Part shown: positions 26,045-35,578 of the stretch, piece by piece
Numbering within the stretch: position 1 is the stretch's first letter
How the letters are laid out: each line of letters begins with the position of its first letter
Virus record (IMG/VR): IMGVR_UViG_3300037067_011000
Location: 10,632 to 74,631 of that record
Source of the DNA: a virus
Taxonomy: Duplodnaviria; Caudoviricetes
DNA length: 64,000 nucleotides
Strand: one strand, 5' to 3'
Notes under the pieces: generated by a model
What the model saw: the letters and a program-made list of their open reading frames with translations, nothing else
What the model was told of the DNA's origin: nothing
Database searches by the model: none
Made by a program: the position numbers and the translations under genes

Positions 26045-26656
26045 ATGATGGATATAAAAACATTAAGAAATAAATTGGAGCGGTCCAAAGGTGCTAAAGC
26101 ACAACTGGAAAAATCCTTATCTACTCTCCAAACAGAACTAAAGGAGAAAGGACGTTCTTTGAGACAACATGAACAGGCAAAGGAGATTATCAGAGAAGTC
26201 GGGCAAAAAACCCAAAGCCAAATACAATTTCACATTGAAGATATTGTTTCAATGGCTTTAGATGCTGTGTTTGAATCCCCCTACAAATTTGCCGTAGAAT
26301 TTTTACAGAGACGTAATAAAACAGAATGTGACTTGTATTTTGTAAGGGATGGGAACAGAGTAGATCCTTTGACTGCAAGTGGTGTGGGTGCTGTTGACAT
26401 TGCTTCTTTTGCTTTGCGAATTGCAAGTTGGGGTATGAGTATACCTCATAGTAGGAATACAATAATTTTGGATGAGCCTTTCAGATTCCTTAGTGAAAAT
26501 TATCAAGAACAAGCAGGGATTATGTTGAAGGAAATAAGTCAGAAGTTAGGAATACAATTTTTGATAATAAGTCATAACACCACATTAGCAAGTTGTGCAG
26601 ATAAAACATTTGAAGTAAGCATCAGGAACGGTGTCAGCAAAATAAAAGAAGTATAA
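26045..26656 (+). CDS. sbcC: SbcC/Rad50-like ATPase, C-terminal half
   Basis: Coiled coil, signature variant ASGVG, Walker B IILDEPF, H-loop ISH. Confidence 0.85.
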   Translation: MMDIKTLRNKLERSKGAKAQLEKSLSTLQTELKEKGRSLRQHEQAKEIIREVGQKTQSQIQFHIEDIVSMALDAVFESPYKFAVEFLQRRNKTECDLYFVRDGNRVDPLTASGVGAVDIASFALRIASWGMSIPHSRNTIILDEPFRFLSENYQEQAGIMLKEISQKLGIQFLIISHNTTLASCADKTFEVSIRNGVSKIKEV

Positions 26657-26671
26657 ACGAAAACAAGTAAA

Positions 26672-27073
26672 ATGAAGGTATTTATGATAATTCTATTCTT
26701 AGCCCTGTTTCAGACGATTTCCGGCCCTCCACTTCGGGAAGTGGTAATCTGTCAGCCGGAACAAATAAACCCATACAGCAACATAATACGGGCCGTCACG
26801 ACTATCGAAAGTGCAAACGGTAAGTATCTGTATAATGCAAAAGAAAATGCTGTCGGTTGGTTCGGGATAAGACCTGTAAGACTTCAAGACTATAATAGAC
26901 GAACAGGACAGAATATAACTCATGCTCAGTGTTATGATTACGAGATAGGCAGAAGGATCTTTATTTATTATGCAAGTAAGATAGATTATAGGGACATTAA
27001 AGGCATTTGCATCGCATGGAATGGAATGAGCAAGCATAACAAATATTATAACAAGATTAAGGCAGTATTGTAA
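26672..27073 (+). CDS. lysozyme-like / lytic transglycosylase domain protein with N-terminal hydrophobic segment
   Basis: IIRAVTTIES (catalytic Glu), ENAVGWFGI motif; N-terminus MKVFMIILFLALF. Confidence 0.65.
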   Translation: MKVFMIILFLALFQTISGPPLREVVICQPEQINPYSNIIRAVTTIESANGKYLYNAKENAVGWFGIRPVRLQDYNRRTGQNITHAQCYDYEIGRRIFIYYASKIDYRDIKGICIAWNGMSKHNKYYNKIKAVL

Positions 27074-27096
27074 TTTGATAATGAAATCATTTAATA

Positions 27097-30031
27097 ATGG
27101 AAAATAGTCAGAAAGCAAATATAAAATATCCTAAATATAAAATCATAGAGGGAGTATTTGAATGTGGATATCGAATATTAGTTCCTCCAGAGGGTGTATT
27201 TTCATGGGCAGGACATACTCATTTTTGTTCTCACGAATCTATTAGGGAAGAAAAAAAGACTTGTGAATTTGAAAAAGATTATGGATGGTCAATCAATAAA
27301 GGCAATTTTCCAATTTATTGTCCATTAAAAAACATAAGATAAAAATGGTAAAAGAATTAATGTTTACAAAAAAAGTAGGAATCACAGATTCCGATTTATT
27401 TGATTGGATTGAGGCATTTTATTCAAAACAAGGAATAAAAGCAAATAAATCCATTGTGATATCTCATAATATTACAGAAAAATTAGTGGATTACTTATTT
27501 AATGAAATTGATAAAAAAATTAATAAAAGCAACTAAATAACTATAAGATGGAAACAGATGGTAAAAAATTAATTGAAAAAATATGCAATCTTTTAAGAGA
27601 AGAAGACATATTACTTTACGATGCTCATATTAGACAGAAAATAGAGTCACTTTCTGCACAACAATTAAAAGACTTAATTGAGGGTAAAGAGATATGAAAA
27701 TACACTTTGAATTTAATTTCTGATTATGGCTTTGTAGGTTCTCTTATAAGAGGATGAAAATAGCTATTAATAAACTTCCAGTAGGCATTCTGGGAATGCG
27801 TGACCCCGACAATAGATGTGCTGGATATACTCCAAAAAAGCGATTACGGGGAGACGCTCTTAATGATTGTGAAAGCGACGAGCATTATCTTTGCAATGAA
27901 TGTGCATTTAAAAACAAAGGTGAATCAATTAATGAATAATTATACTATGAAAGAGCAAATTGTATTTTTAAAAACTAAAAAAGGATAGAACATGAAAATA
28001 TTAAAAGTAACTTATAGAGCGATCACTTGGGATAATTATCAGGGTGGTGCCGGACTTCCGTTTAATGGAACTGAATATATTAAAGTTGGAGGTGATGAAA
28101 CGATATTTGATTTAGAAGGAATTGCAGAAAGAACAATAAAGTCAAAGAAAGGGACATTTACTGAAATATTTGAAATAATGACTCTTGAAATAATCAATCC
28201 AATTGAACCTAAATAACTACTCCTATGAGCAAAACACCTAAAGAGTTTGTAAAAGACAAACTAAATGAAAAAACAGGGCAGGGGACAACCCTCTATGAGC
28301 ATTATTTGGCGCACGATACAACAGTAAGCATCGGGACGGTTGTTTCTTGGATGGAGGAATACGCTTCACTATCACAACCAATTGGCAAAACAGATGAACT
28401 GATAAGTAAACTAATTTCCTCATTAGAATATCAAATAAAGGAAATTAAAGTATTACATGATACAATGGATGAAGTATCTTGGAATGATCAACAAGGTGTA
28501 ATTATTACTGGTATTGAGGCTGAATTTATTATTTCAAAACTTACTGGCCATGTTGATAATGAACCTATTTCGTCCTTGAAAGAACAGATTAAAAAGGAAG
28601 AGACATTACCAAGTGATGCAAAAGAAGATAAGCTCAAGGGTATTATCCGTGAAGTAATCTGGCAGTACTGCTATGGCAAGGGAAGTACTGATGCTTTGTT
28701 TAATTATAAAGACATCGAGGATGTTACGCATGATATAATAGAACTATATTTTCAACCGGAATAGGCTTATTTAAGTCTCAAATCAAACAATCAAAAATAT
28801 GAATAAGAAAACACTTAAAGAGATACTTTATTCTTTTGTTAATAAAGAATATTTAGAAGTTGCTGGAATCCATGATGCCATTATTTGTGCAATGAAAGAA
28901 TATCAATTACAGTTTTCTCAACTCCCTGCCGTAACAGATGGGCAGATAGATATGTTTATATCTGAAGTTGATCTATGTCAATTTAACAATTATTATGAAG
29001 CAATAAGGTTTGGCATAACATCTTACCGTGACGGTCTTATCCCTGCTTCCAGCAATACTGTAAAGGAGGAAATCGAAACAGTAGAATTTCCAAATGACAC
29101 TTTTGAAATAAGTACTACAAAAACTTGCAATAAGGTAATTACTGAGGTAGATAAATGTGAGTGTGGTCATATAGTACCTTTGGGTTTTATTATTTGGAAT
29201 CAGGATGGGGATAGTACCTGTATTAATTGTATAAATGACATATTAATTGACAGACTTGTTAAAAAAAATAAGCAGATTAAAAGCCTTAAAAATAAACTTA
29301 AAAAGATTATCTCTTCCGCCCCAGACATTAAGCAGGGGAAAGAAGACTATAAGACTAAATACGAAAAATGTATTAAAATCATTAAGAAGTTTGATGCAGG
29401 TATTATTGGAATGTATGATTTATAAACTAAGTCAAATGGAAGAAAAAGAACTTATATTAAAGATGAAGGAATTGATTCACTATTTAAAAAGACAGATTAA
29501 TTATGGTGAATCATATTCTTGTATAAATGTAATTAGAAAATACGAATTTGAAATTCCATCTATTGAAGATAAGATTAAAGAAAAGGAAAAAGGAGAGTAC
29601 TGTTCTTGCATTAATGAAGGGTGTACAAACAGAAACGGGATAACTGTATGTGGGAATTGTTTACAACCAATTAATCCTATTTATCTAAAAGGTAAGTAAT
29701 TGATTAACTAATAACAAAACAAATGACAGACAAACAGAGTGCTATAATTGAAAAACAGGATAATGAAATTAATTACATGCAAATACGAGAATTAACAGAT
29801 GAAGAATGGTTAAAACTTCCCAAAGAAGAAATACTTCAACTTTATAAGAATTGTTATTCAATACTTATGAATTATATTAAGTTATCCAAGAAAAGTTCTT
29901 CTGGTATGCGTGAATTTGTAATATCTGAAATTCAAAAAGGCATTGTTCACCCAAATCCTTTAACAACGTCAGAAATGCGAGTTTTGGATCTTTGTTGTAA
30001 ATATATGGAAACTCATCCTGTAAAAAAATGA
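27097..30031 (+). other. hyperplastic array of small hypothetical ORFs
   Basis: Densely packed + strand ORFs (27097, about 27344, 27754, 27992, 28225, 28799, about 29417, 29723); several Cys-rich; no recognised family. Confidence 0.6.
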
Positions 30032-30444
30032 CAGTAGCAGAAAAAAAAGAGATAGTCTTGATTAAAAACCAATTAAATACTATACTTGAAAAGATAAATA
30101 GTTTTGAAGTGCAACGTCCTATGCCTCAACTCATCCTTAAAAAGGATGACAGGATAAGATATGTTATGGATACTATATGTGATTACTATGGAGTAAATCA
30201 GGCAACACTTGTGAAAAGGTATAGAGATTCCCACTATGCATTACGAAAAAAACTTACTATAAAATTACTCAGGGACATTGCAGACATCACTTATCAGGAT
30301 GTGGGGGATGCCTTAGGGATGACTCAGGAAGCATCCCAAATCTCATATACAGAAATAAATGAAATATTGCAAGAAGATACCTATGGAAATAAAGAACTTA
30401 AACAAGAATATAAAACCCTTCTTAAATATTTATTAAGGATATAA
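30028..30444 (+). CDS. DnaA C-terminal-like HTH DNA-binding protein
   Basis: VMDTICDYYGV...LVKRYR...LRKK...LLRD...TYQDVGDALG resembles DnaA domain IV. Confidence 0.55.
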   Translation: MTVAEKKEIVLIKNQLNTILEKINSFEVQRPMPQLILKKDDRIRYVMDTICDYYGVNQATLVKRYRDSHYALRKKLTIKLLRDIADITYQDVGDALGMTQEASQISYTEINEILQEDTYGNKELKQEYKTLLKYLLRI

Positions 30445-30447
30445 CAT

Positions 30448-30482
30448 AAAAAAAGGAGTTTGACCAATCATATCAAACCCCT
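30448..30482 (-). terminator. intrinsic terminator at the convergence of the two arms
   Basis: Stem AGGAGTTTGA / TCAAACCCCT (one mismatch), 9-nt loop, A7 on + strand = U7 on - strand. Confidence 0.65.
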
Positions 30483-30499
30483 ATTACAAAGATGCTTGT

Positions 30500-31141
30500 T
30501 TACTTGTTATTAAATAATTTAATTCCTGTTTTAATACTATGTATATTTGTAGATCCAAATCTTTGGTATTCATACCCTATTAAAGTTTCCTTTTTAGTTA
30601 TAAAATCTAATCCACCACCGAATAAAAATGCAGATTTATTTCCTCCTGCTGTACCATACCCATAAAATCCATTTTTAGGCACTTTAACGATAGTTTCTAT
30701 TGGATAAGGTTTGGGGACGAAAATACTGTCAACCTCTCTTATAAAAGTTATTACAGGTGTGTACTGCCATTTTCTATTAAGTAACGTTCCTTTGATTTTT
30801 AAATCCACAGAAACATTGATATCTTTTCGTGTTAAAGCATCATGATAATACTTAATAGTTGTGTCTTTTGAATCTATAACCGGCATAGGGATAAAGTTAT
30901 CTATAAAAACAGTATCTCCTTTTTGATAAATTGTATCAATATGAATAATAGGGGGTTTATCTGCCAAAGCAATCATACTATCCCAAATATCTTTTTTTAC
31001 AATTACTTCATCCTTTGCAGGGCAAGGCTCTGATCTTTTACATTCTCTTAAATAAAGAATATAGAATATTGCCACTATAAGGAGAACTAAGAAACCGTTC
31101 CCTAATATTTTCTTTAATAATTCTTGTACCCATGTTTTCAT
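30500..31141 (-). CDS. lysis-cassette membrane protein (spanin-like candidate)
   Basis: N-terminal TM helix, extended middle, C-terminal Gly/aromatic beta-strand pattern; follows holin and lysin. Confidence 0.45.
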   Translation of the reverse strand: MKTWVQELLKKILGNGFLVLLIVAIFYILYLRECKRSEPCPAKDEVIVKKDIWDSMIALADKPPIIHIDTIYQKGDTVFIDNFIPMPVIDSKDTTIKYYHDALTRKDINVSVDLKIKGTLLNRKWQYTPVITFIREVDSIFVPKPYPIETIVKVPKNGFYGYGTAGGNKSAFLFGGGLDFITKKETLIGYEYQRFGSTNIHSIKTGIKLFNNK

Positions 31142-31377
31142 TTTGGTTCAGGAGTTAAAATATCACCTTTGGAATTTGTTAATAAATTCTTAACTAAATA
31201 AGATAAGAATGCAATAATAGCAGCAATCCCCATTCTTTTAAAGAGGGATAAATCCACAGAAGAACCTATTTGCAGTTCATTAGCAAGAAATGTAATTACA
31301 GCAGTAATCACAGCAAGGACAAGTCCTTTAAAAAAGTCTCTTGCATTTAACATAAATAATTTAGCTTTTGTTTTCAT
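31138..31377 (-). CDS. holin-like protein
   Basis: 79 aa, two TM segments, adjacent to lysin. Confidence 0.65.
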   Translation of the reverse strand: MKTKAKLFMLNARDFFKGLVLAVITAVITFLANELQIGSSVDLSLFKRMGIAAIIAFLSYLVKNLLTNSKGDILTPEPK

Positions 31378-31381
31378 AGTT

Positions 31382-31834
31382 TTACTCTTTAATTGTTATA
31401 AATGTACGTTTACCTTCTTTTTTTGCATTGTCAATAAGATCAATAATATATTTTTCCCAATAATCCCCATTTATTAAACTACCTTTAATTTTATTTTCCC
31501 CTACACCAATACACCCTTCCGTACCTTTTGCAGTTTTTAGTTTATGTATTCTTATTCCTGTAAACCCAACTACATCTAAAAACAAAGGAAGTCTTCTTTT
31601 TAATTTGGGGGAATCAGAAACAATTACTTCATATCTCCCACAGGAGATTGCTGTTTCCCCATAAATCTTCCCTTCCCCTTCATCTGTAAAATCCCCATCA
31701 TGGTTGGTGTCTTGTAGATTTCTTACTTTATCTTCTAATGAATTGCACAAGAACTTCCCATCACATAGAAAATTTCCTATTGTATAGGTTGGAAGAAACC
31801 ATTTTCTAAATACAACTAACTCTAATGTTTTCAT
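31382..31834 (-). CDS. DUF5675 family putative endolysin
   Basis: TIG.F...G.FLCNSLED; TAI..GRY.V...SPK..R.LP; GIRIH......EGCIGVG. Confidence 0.75.
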   Translation of the reverse strand: MKTLELVVFRKWFLPTYTIGNFLCDGKFLCNSLEDKVRNLQDTNHDGDFTDEGEGKIYGETAISCGRYEVIVSDSPKLKRRLPLFLDVVGFTGIRIHKLKTAKGTEGCIGVGENKIKGSLINGDYWEKYIIDLIDNAKKEGKRTFITIKE

Positions 31835-32355
31835 TATTTCACTAATTTAACTGAATCACTTATACCCTGGATATTGTATTTAACATAACCCCCTCTTGTT
31901 ACCTTTGATACACCCTCTTGCATACGTATTTCTCTTTTGACTGTATCTTTTACTTCTTTGCCATTAGTAAAGTTAAAATACACCGTAAATGCAAAACCAA
32001 GAGCCACAATTAAAAATGAAAGTGCTTTTATCCACATAGCAATTACAGTTCTTTTTTCAGTTTTAATTTCTTTCTCTGTTTTACCTGATGCCTTTTTTCC
32101 TATGGATTCTTCATGTAATTCTTTAACTATTCCAGAAATCCCTGTAAGTTTTTCATTGATTTGATTTACAGTATTCCCCATCATATTTAATTTATACACA
32201 TACCCTTCTTCTGGGGTTCCGTTTCCAGTAATTATTATAGATAATTTATCTGTATTTTTTATCAACTTTTCAATTTTCTCCTCTTGAGTACACACATGAA
32301 TAACTTTCACAGGGATTCCCTTTTTAGGACTTTTTCTTAAAGATGATGTTTGCAT
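31834..32355 (-). CDS. membrane protein of the lysis region
   Basis: Coiled region then a single TM helix (ALSFLIVALGFAFTVYF). Confidence 0.55.
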   Translation of the reverse strand: MQTSSLRKSPKKGIPVKVIHVCTQEEKIEKLIKNTDKLSIIITGNGTPEEGYVYKLNMMGNTVNQINEKLTGISGIVKELHEESIGKKASGKTEKEIKTEKRTVIAMWIKALSFLIVALGFAFTVYFNFTNGKEVKDTVKREIRMQEGVSKVTRGGYVKYNIQGISDSVKLVK

Positions 32356-32376
32356 AGTGTATAGTTTTTAGTTAGT

Positions 32377-35300
32377 TTATAATGAAGAAAAACCAATGCC
32401 TGTAGCATACCATTCGGAATGTCTTCCATCCCATATAAGCGTAACTGTTTCTCCTGGCATTAAATCAATAGATGTTTCTACCCCCCCTGCCCAAATAATA
32501 TTATTCCCATTTCCATTTATTGTAAATATTGGTTTAGTCCAATCAGGGATTCCCAAATTATAAGTTAAAGAATTTATTATTGTTGTTATTTGCCCAATTG
32601 GAGCATTTTCTAATTCAGATGTTTCAGGTAATGTTAAAGTGGTATTCGTCCCTCCATTATCTAATGTATATACACGGGATAGAGTATGTACTTCAAGATT
32701 TCCTTGAACAGAATACACATAAAAAGATTGACCATCATGACATATATTTCCATTTGATTTTAAATAGAACATATCAGAAGTACCACAATACAATTTATCT
32801 GTCCCTATATTCCATCCTGCTACTGTACCACTTGTAGCTTTTAATACTCCTGCTAAAGTCACACTAAAAGGGGCACTTGCAAAAGTATCATGTCCTAAGT
32901 GTATTCCTGCTGTAGTACTTAGACTTATTCTTGTAGCACCGAAACCTGCTATTAATGTTGTTGTAGATAATGTGAAACCTCCCACAGTTCCAGAACTTGC
33001 TGTAAGCACACCTGCTGATGTTACTCTAAATGGTGCTGATGCTTGTGCCGTTGCTCCTGCCCAAAAGCCACCTGCTGCTTGCATTTCTACTCTTGTAGCA
33101 CCTGTCCCTGCATATAATTCACTTGCAGTAATAGTAAATCCACCAATGGTTCCTGAACTTGCTGTAAGTACACCTGCTTCTGTTACTCTAAATGGAGCAG
33201 AGGAAGGTGTTACATGTCCTGCCCAAAATCTAACATCATCACCTACTGTAACAGTACTGGACATTCCTACAACACCTGCTGCATCCATTAAAGTTGTTGT
33301 CCCTATAACCCAACCTCCTATTGCCCCTGTTGTTGCTGTTATACCTCCTATAATAGTTAAATCTGCACCATCCCATTTAAACCCTTTTACTAAAGCCCCA
33401 CCTGAAACAGTCCCAACACGCATTTTATATGTTGTGTCTTTTCCCATCCAAATACCATCTTGCACTAAAAATCCCGATGGTAGTATTGTCCCCATAGCAA
33501 ATGACAAGCCTGTATGATCTAATTTAACAGTATTTATAGCACCATCATAAAGTAGTAAATCAATTCCATGTAATTCAAAATGTTGATCAGAAGCTAAAAA
33601 ATATTGTTGGGCGGTTGTATTACCTGCAAAAAACCCCCACTCATCTCCAATTCCTGCAATACCATCTAATTGTCCTGTACGAGTACGTACTGTTTGTGTC
33701 CAAGGATCAGTTTCCCAAGTTACCACTTGTTGGTAAGGACTCCCCGCAGCATCTATTGTTGTCGTTTCAATGAATCCATCTCCTGTTACTCCAAAATCTA
33801 AAATAATTGCACCTTTTAAAACAGTCTCCCCAGAAGCCGTTCCTGCATCTATTGCAGACCTACTAAAAGTATAATGTTGATACCCAGGTTCATCTCCTGT
33901 TGCTGCATGATGGTCTATAAAAGTTACCCTCCCCCAAGCATTTGCTATAATAAAACTCCCATCATCATCTCTATTAAACAACCTTAGTTGAACCCAATCA
34001 TTGTTTGCAAATACATTTGCTATGGAACCTGGAAGATCCTCAACTTCTATTTGCACACTTGCTCCTTTAGCAGGAATTACAACATCAGCATGTAATATAG
34101 CCACACTTTTTGAAATTACCTGTGCCCCTGCCAATGCTTGTTCTAAATCTGCAACAAATCTTTTAGCGTGCATTTCATCAACAGACAAATATCTAAAATC
34201 TGCCCCACCACTTCTTCCATCTGCCATATGGTAAATTCCCCATCCTGTTGTTCTACTTACCCAATCTGCTGAACAAATTGTATCTGTATGTGGAATTAAA
34301 ATATCATTTCCAGTAGCAGCAATAGTTAAGTCTCCATTTGTATCCGTTGTAAAGGAGGTATATTTTGCATCATCATACCCCAATCTTAATTGTTCTGTTG
34401 TAGCTAACGAATGTATTTTAGCAGACACCGTTGTTGCCCCAGCTGAAATTGTCCCGTCTACTAAAATATTATCTATGCCTGGATCAGATGTTCCCCCAAC
34501 ATGGATACCCCCGACTGTTTTTATAAGTCCTGTAAATGTGGATATGCCTGTTACTCCTAAAGTGCCGTCTATTAGTGCATTATTATCACCAGCATCACTA
34601 TCCCCTCCAACATGCAGACCCCCATTAATTGAAAGTTTTGAACTCGGAGTGGCAGTACCAATACCTACATTTGCACCTTTTAATACTACATTATTAGTAG
34701 TCGCATCACTTGAAATTCGCAATGGGTATGTACCATCGGTATTGTTTTTTAATACAAATTCATCAACAGTAGCCCCAAAATAATACTCATCAGCTCCTGT
34801 AACGGCCAATCTAATATGTGTATTGGATGTTATTTCATTAACAGTTGTAACCCCAGTAAATGTAGGACTTGCAGAAAATACAATATTGGTAGTTGCCGTT
34901 CCTGTTGTACCTGTTGCCCCTGTTAGATAATTTAATTTTGTGGAAGTACTTGTTAAAGCAACTGCCTCATTTATATTCGGACTGGTTAATGTTTTATTTG
35001 TTAAAGTCTGTGTCCCATCTATAGTAACCACACTTGTTGCAGTATTTGTAGGTGTGGTAATTTTTAAAGTACCTACATTGAGTGTTAATATTCCTGAACT
35101 ATGAGTTAATGTCACATTAGAATTTGCATAATTTAATACTGCACCTGAAGCAAGAAATAAGTCAGACCATCCTAATGAAGTTGTTCCTAAGTATGCTCCA
35201 TCGTTTGCATCTGGAACTATACCTATATTTGAAACCATCAAACTGTCAAATATAGTATGATGTGCCTCCGTATGTTCCCCAATATGATCTGCAAGTATTG

Positions 35301-35577
35301 TTGTAGTATGTATTGTTGTGGCAGATACTGTCCCTGTAAATGTGGGGTCTGCTAATTTAGCATATAATGCACTTTCAACACCATCAAATAAATCTGCATC
35401 TAATCCTGATCCTGCCCCATCCACACCCAATAATGCAGTAAGAATTTCCCCAGCAGTCATTGACCCACTACCCCCACCAGATACACTCACACCTTTACTT
35501 GAAGTTGATCCTCCTGAATATATCTGTTTATCCCTGCGAACAGGTAGTAGTGATTTTTGTGTGATTATAATTGCCAT
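32377..35577 (-). CDS. tail fibre / receptor-binding protein (1066 aa)
   Basis: LLGVDGAGSGLDADLFDG fibre motif; Thr/Gly-rich beta repeats; follows the tail hub gene. Confidence 0.75.
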   Translation of the reverse strand: MAIIITQKSLLPVRRDKQIYSGGSTSSKGVSVSGGGSGSMTAGEILTALLGVDGAGSGLDADLFDGVESALYAKLADPTFTGTVSATTIHTTTILADHIGEHTEAHHTIFDSLMVSNIGIVPDANDGAYLGTTSLGWSDLFLASGAVLNYANSNVTLTHSSGILTLNVGTLKITTPTNTATSVVTIDGTQTLTNKTLTSPNINEAVALTSTSTKLNYLTGATGTTGTATTNIVFSASPTFTGVTTVNEITSNTHIRLAVTGADEYYFGATVDEFVLKNNTDGTYPLRISSDATTNNVVLKGANVGIGTATPSSKLSINGGLHVGGDSDAGDNNALIDGTLGVTGISTFTGLIKTVGGIHVGGTSDPGIDNILVDGTISAGATTVSAKIHSLATTEQLRLGYDDAKYTSFTTDTNGDLTIAATGNDILIPHTDTICSADWVSRTTGWGIYHMADGRSGGADFRYLSVDEMHAKRFVADLEQALAGAQVISKSVAILHADVVIPAKGASVQIEVEDLPGSIANVFANNDWVQLRLFNRDDDGSFIIANAWGRVTFIDHHAATGDEPGYQHYTFSRSAIDAGTASGETVLKGAIILDFGVTGDGFIETTTIDAAGSPYQQVVTWETDPWTQTVRTRTGQLDGIAGIGDEWGFFAGNTTAQQYFLASDQHFELHGIDLLLYDGAINTVKLDHTGLSFAMGTILPSGFLVQDGIWMGKDTTYKMRVGTVSGGALVKGFKWDGADLTIIGGITATTGAIGGWVIGTTTLMDAAGVVGMSSTVTVGDDVRFWAGHVTPSSAPFRVTEAGVLTASSGTIGGFTITASELYAGTGATRVEMQAAGGFWAGATAQASAPFRVTSAGVLTASSGTVGGFTLSTTTLIAGFGATRISLSTTAGIHLGHDTFASAPFSVTLAGVLKATSGTVAGWNIGTDKLYCGTSDMFYLKSNGNICHDGQSFYVYSVQGNLEVHTLSRVYTLDNGGTNTTLTLPETSELENAPIGQITTIINSLTYNLGIPDWTKPIFTINGNGNNIIWAGGVETSIDLMPGETVTLIWDGRHSEWYATGIGFSSL
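32790..33350 (-). repeat. internal peptide repeats APF.VT.AGVL.A.SGT[IV]GG[FW]
   Basis: 3 full copies and 1 partial copy; near-identical about 50-bp DNA copies near 32985 and 33147. Confidence 0.8.
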
Positions 35578-35578
35578 A

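Noticed and set aside
32377-35577. Diversity-generating retroelement acting on the tail fibre
   Set aside because: Repeats are in-frame peptide repeats differing mainly at synonymous sites, not adenine-specific; no reverse transcriptase in the window
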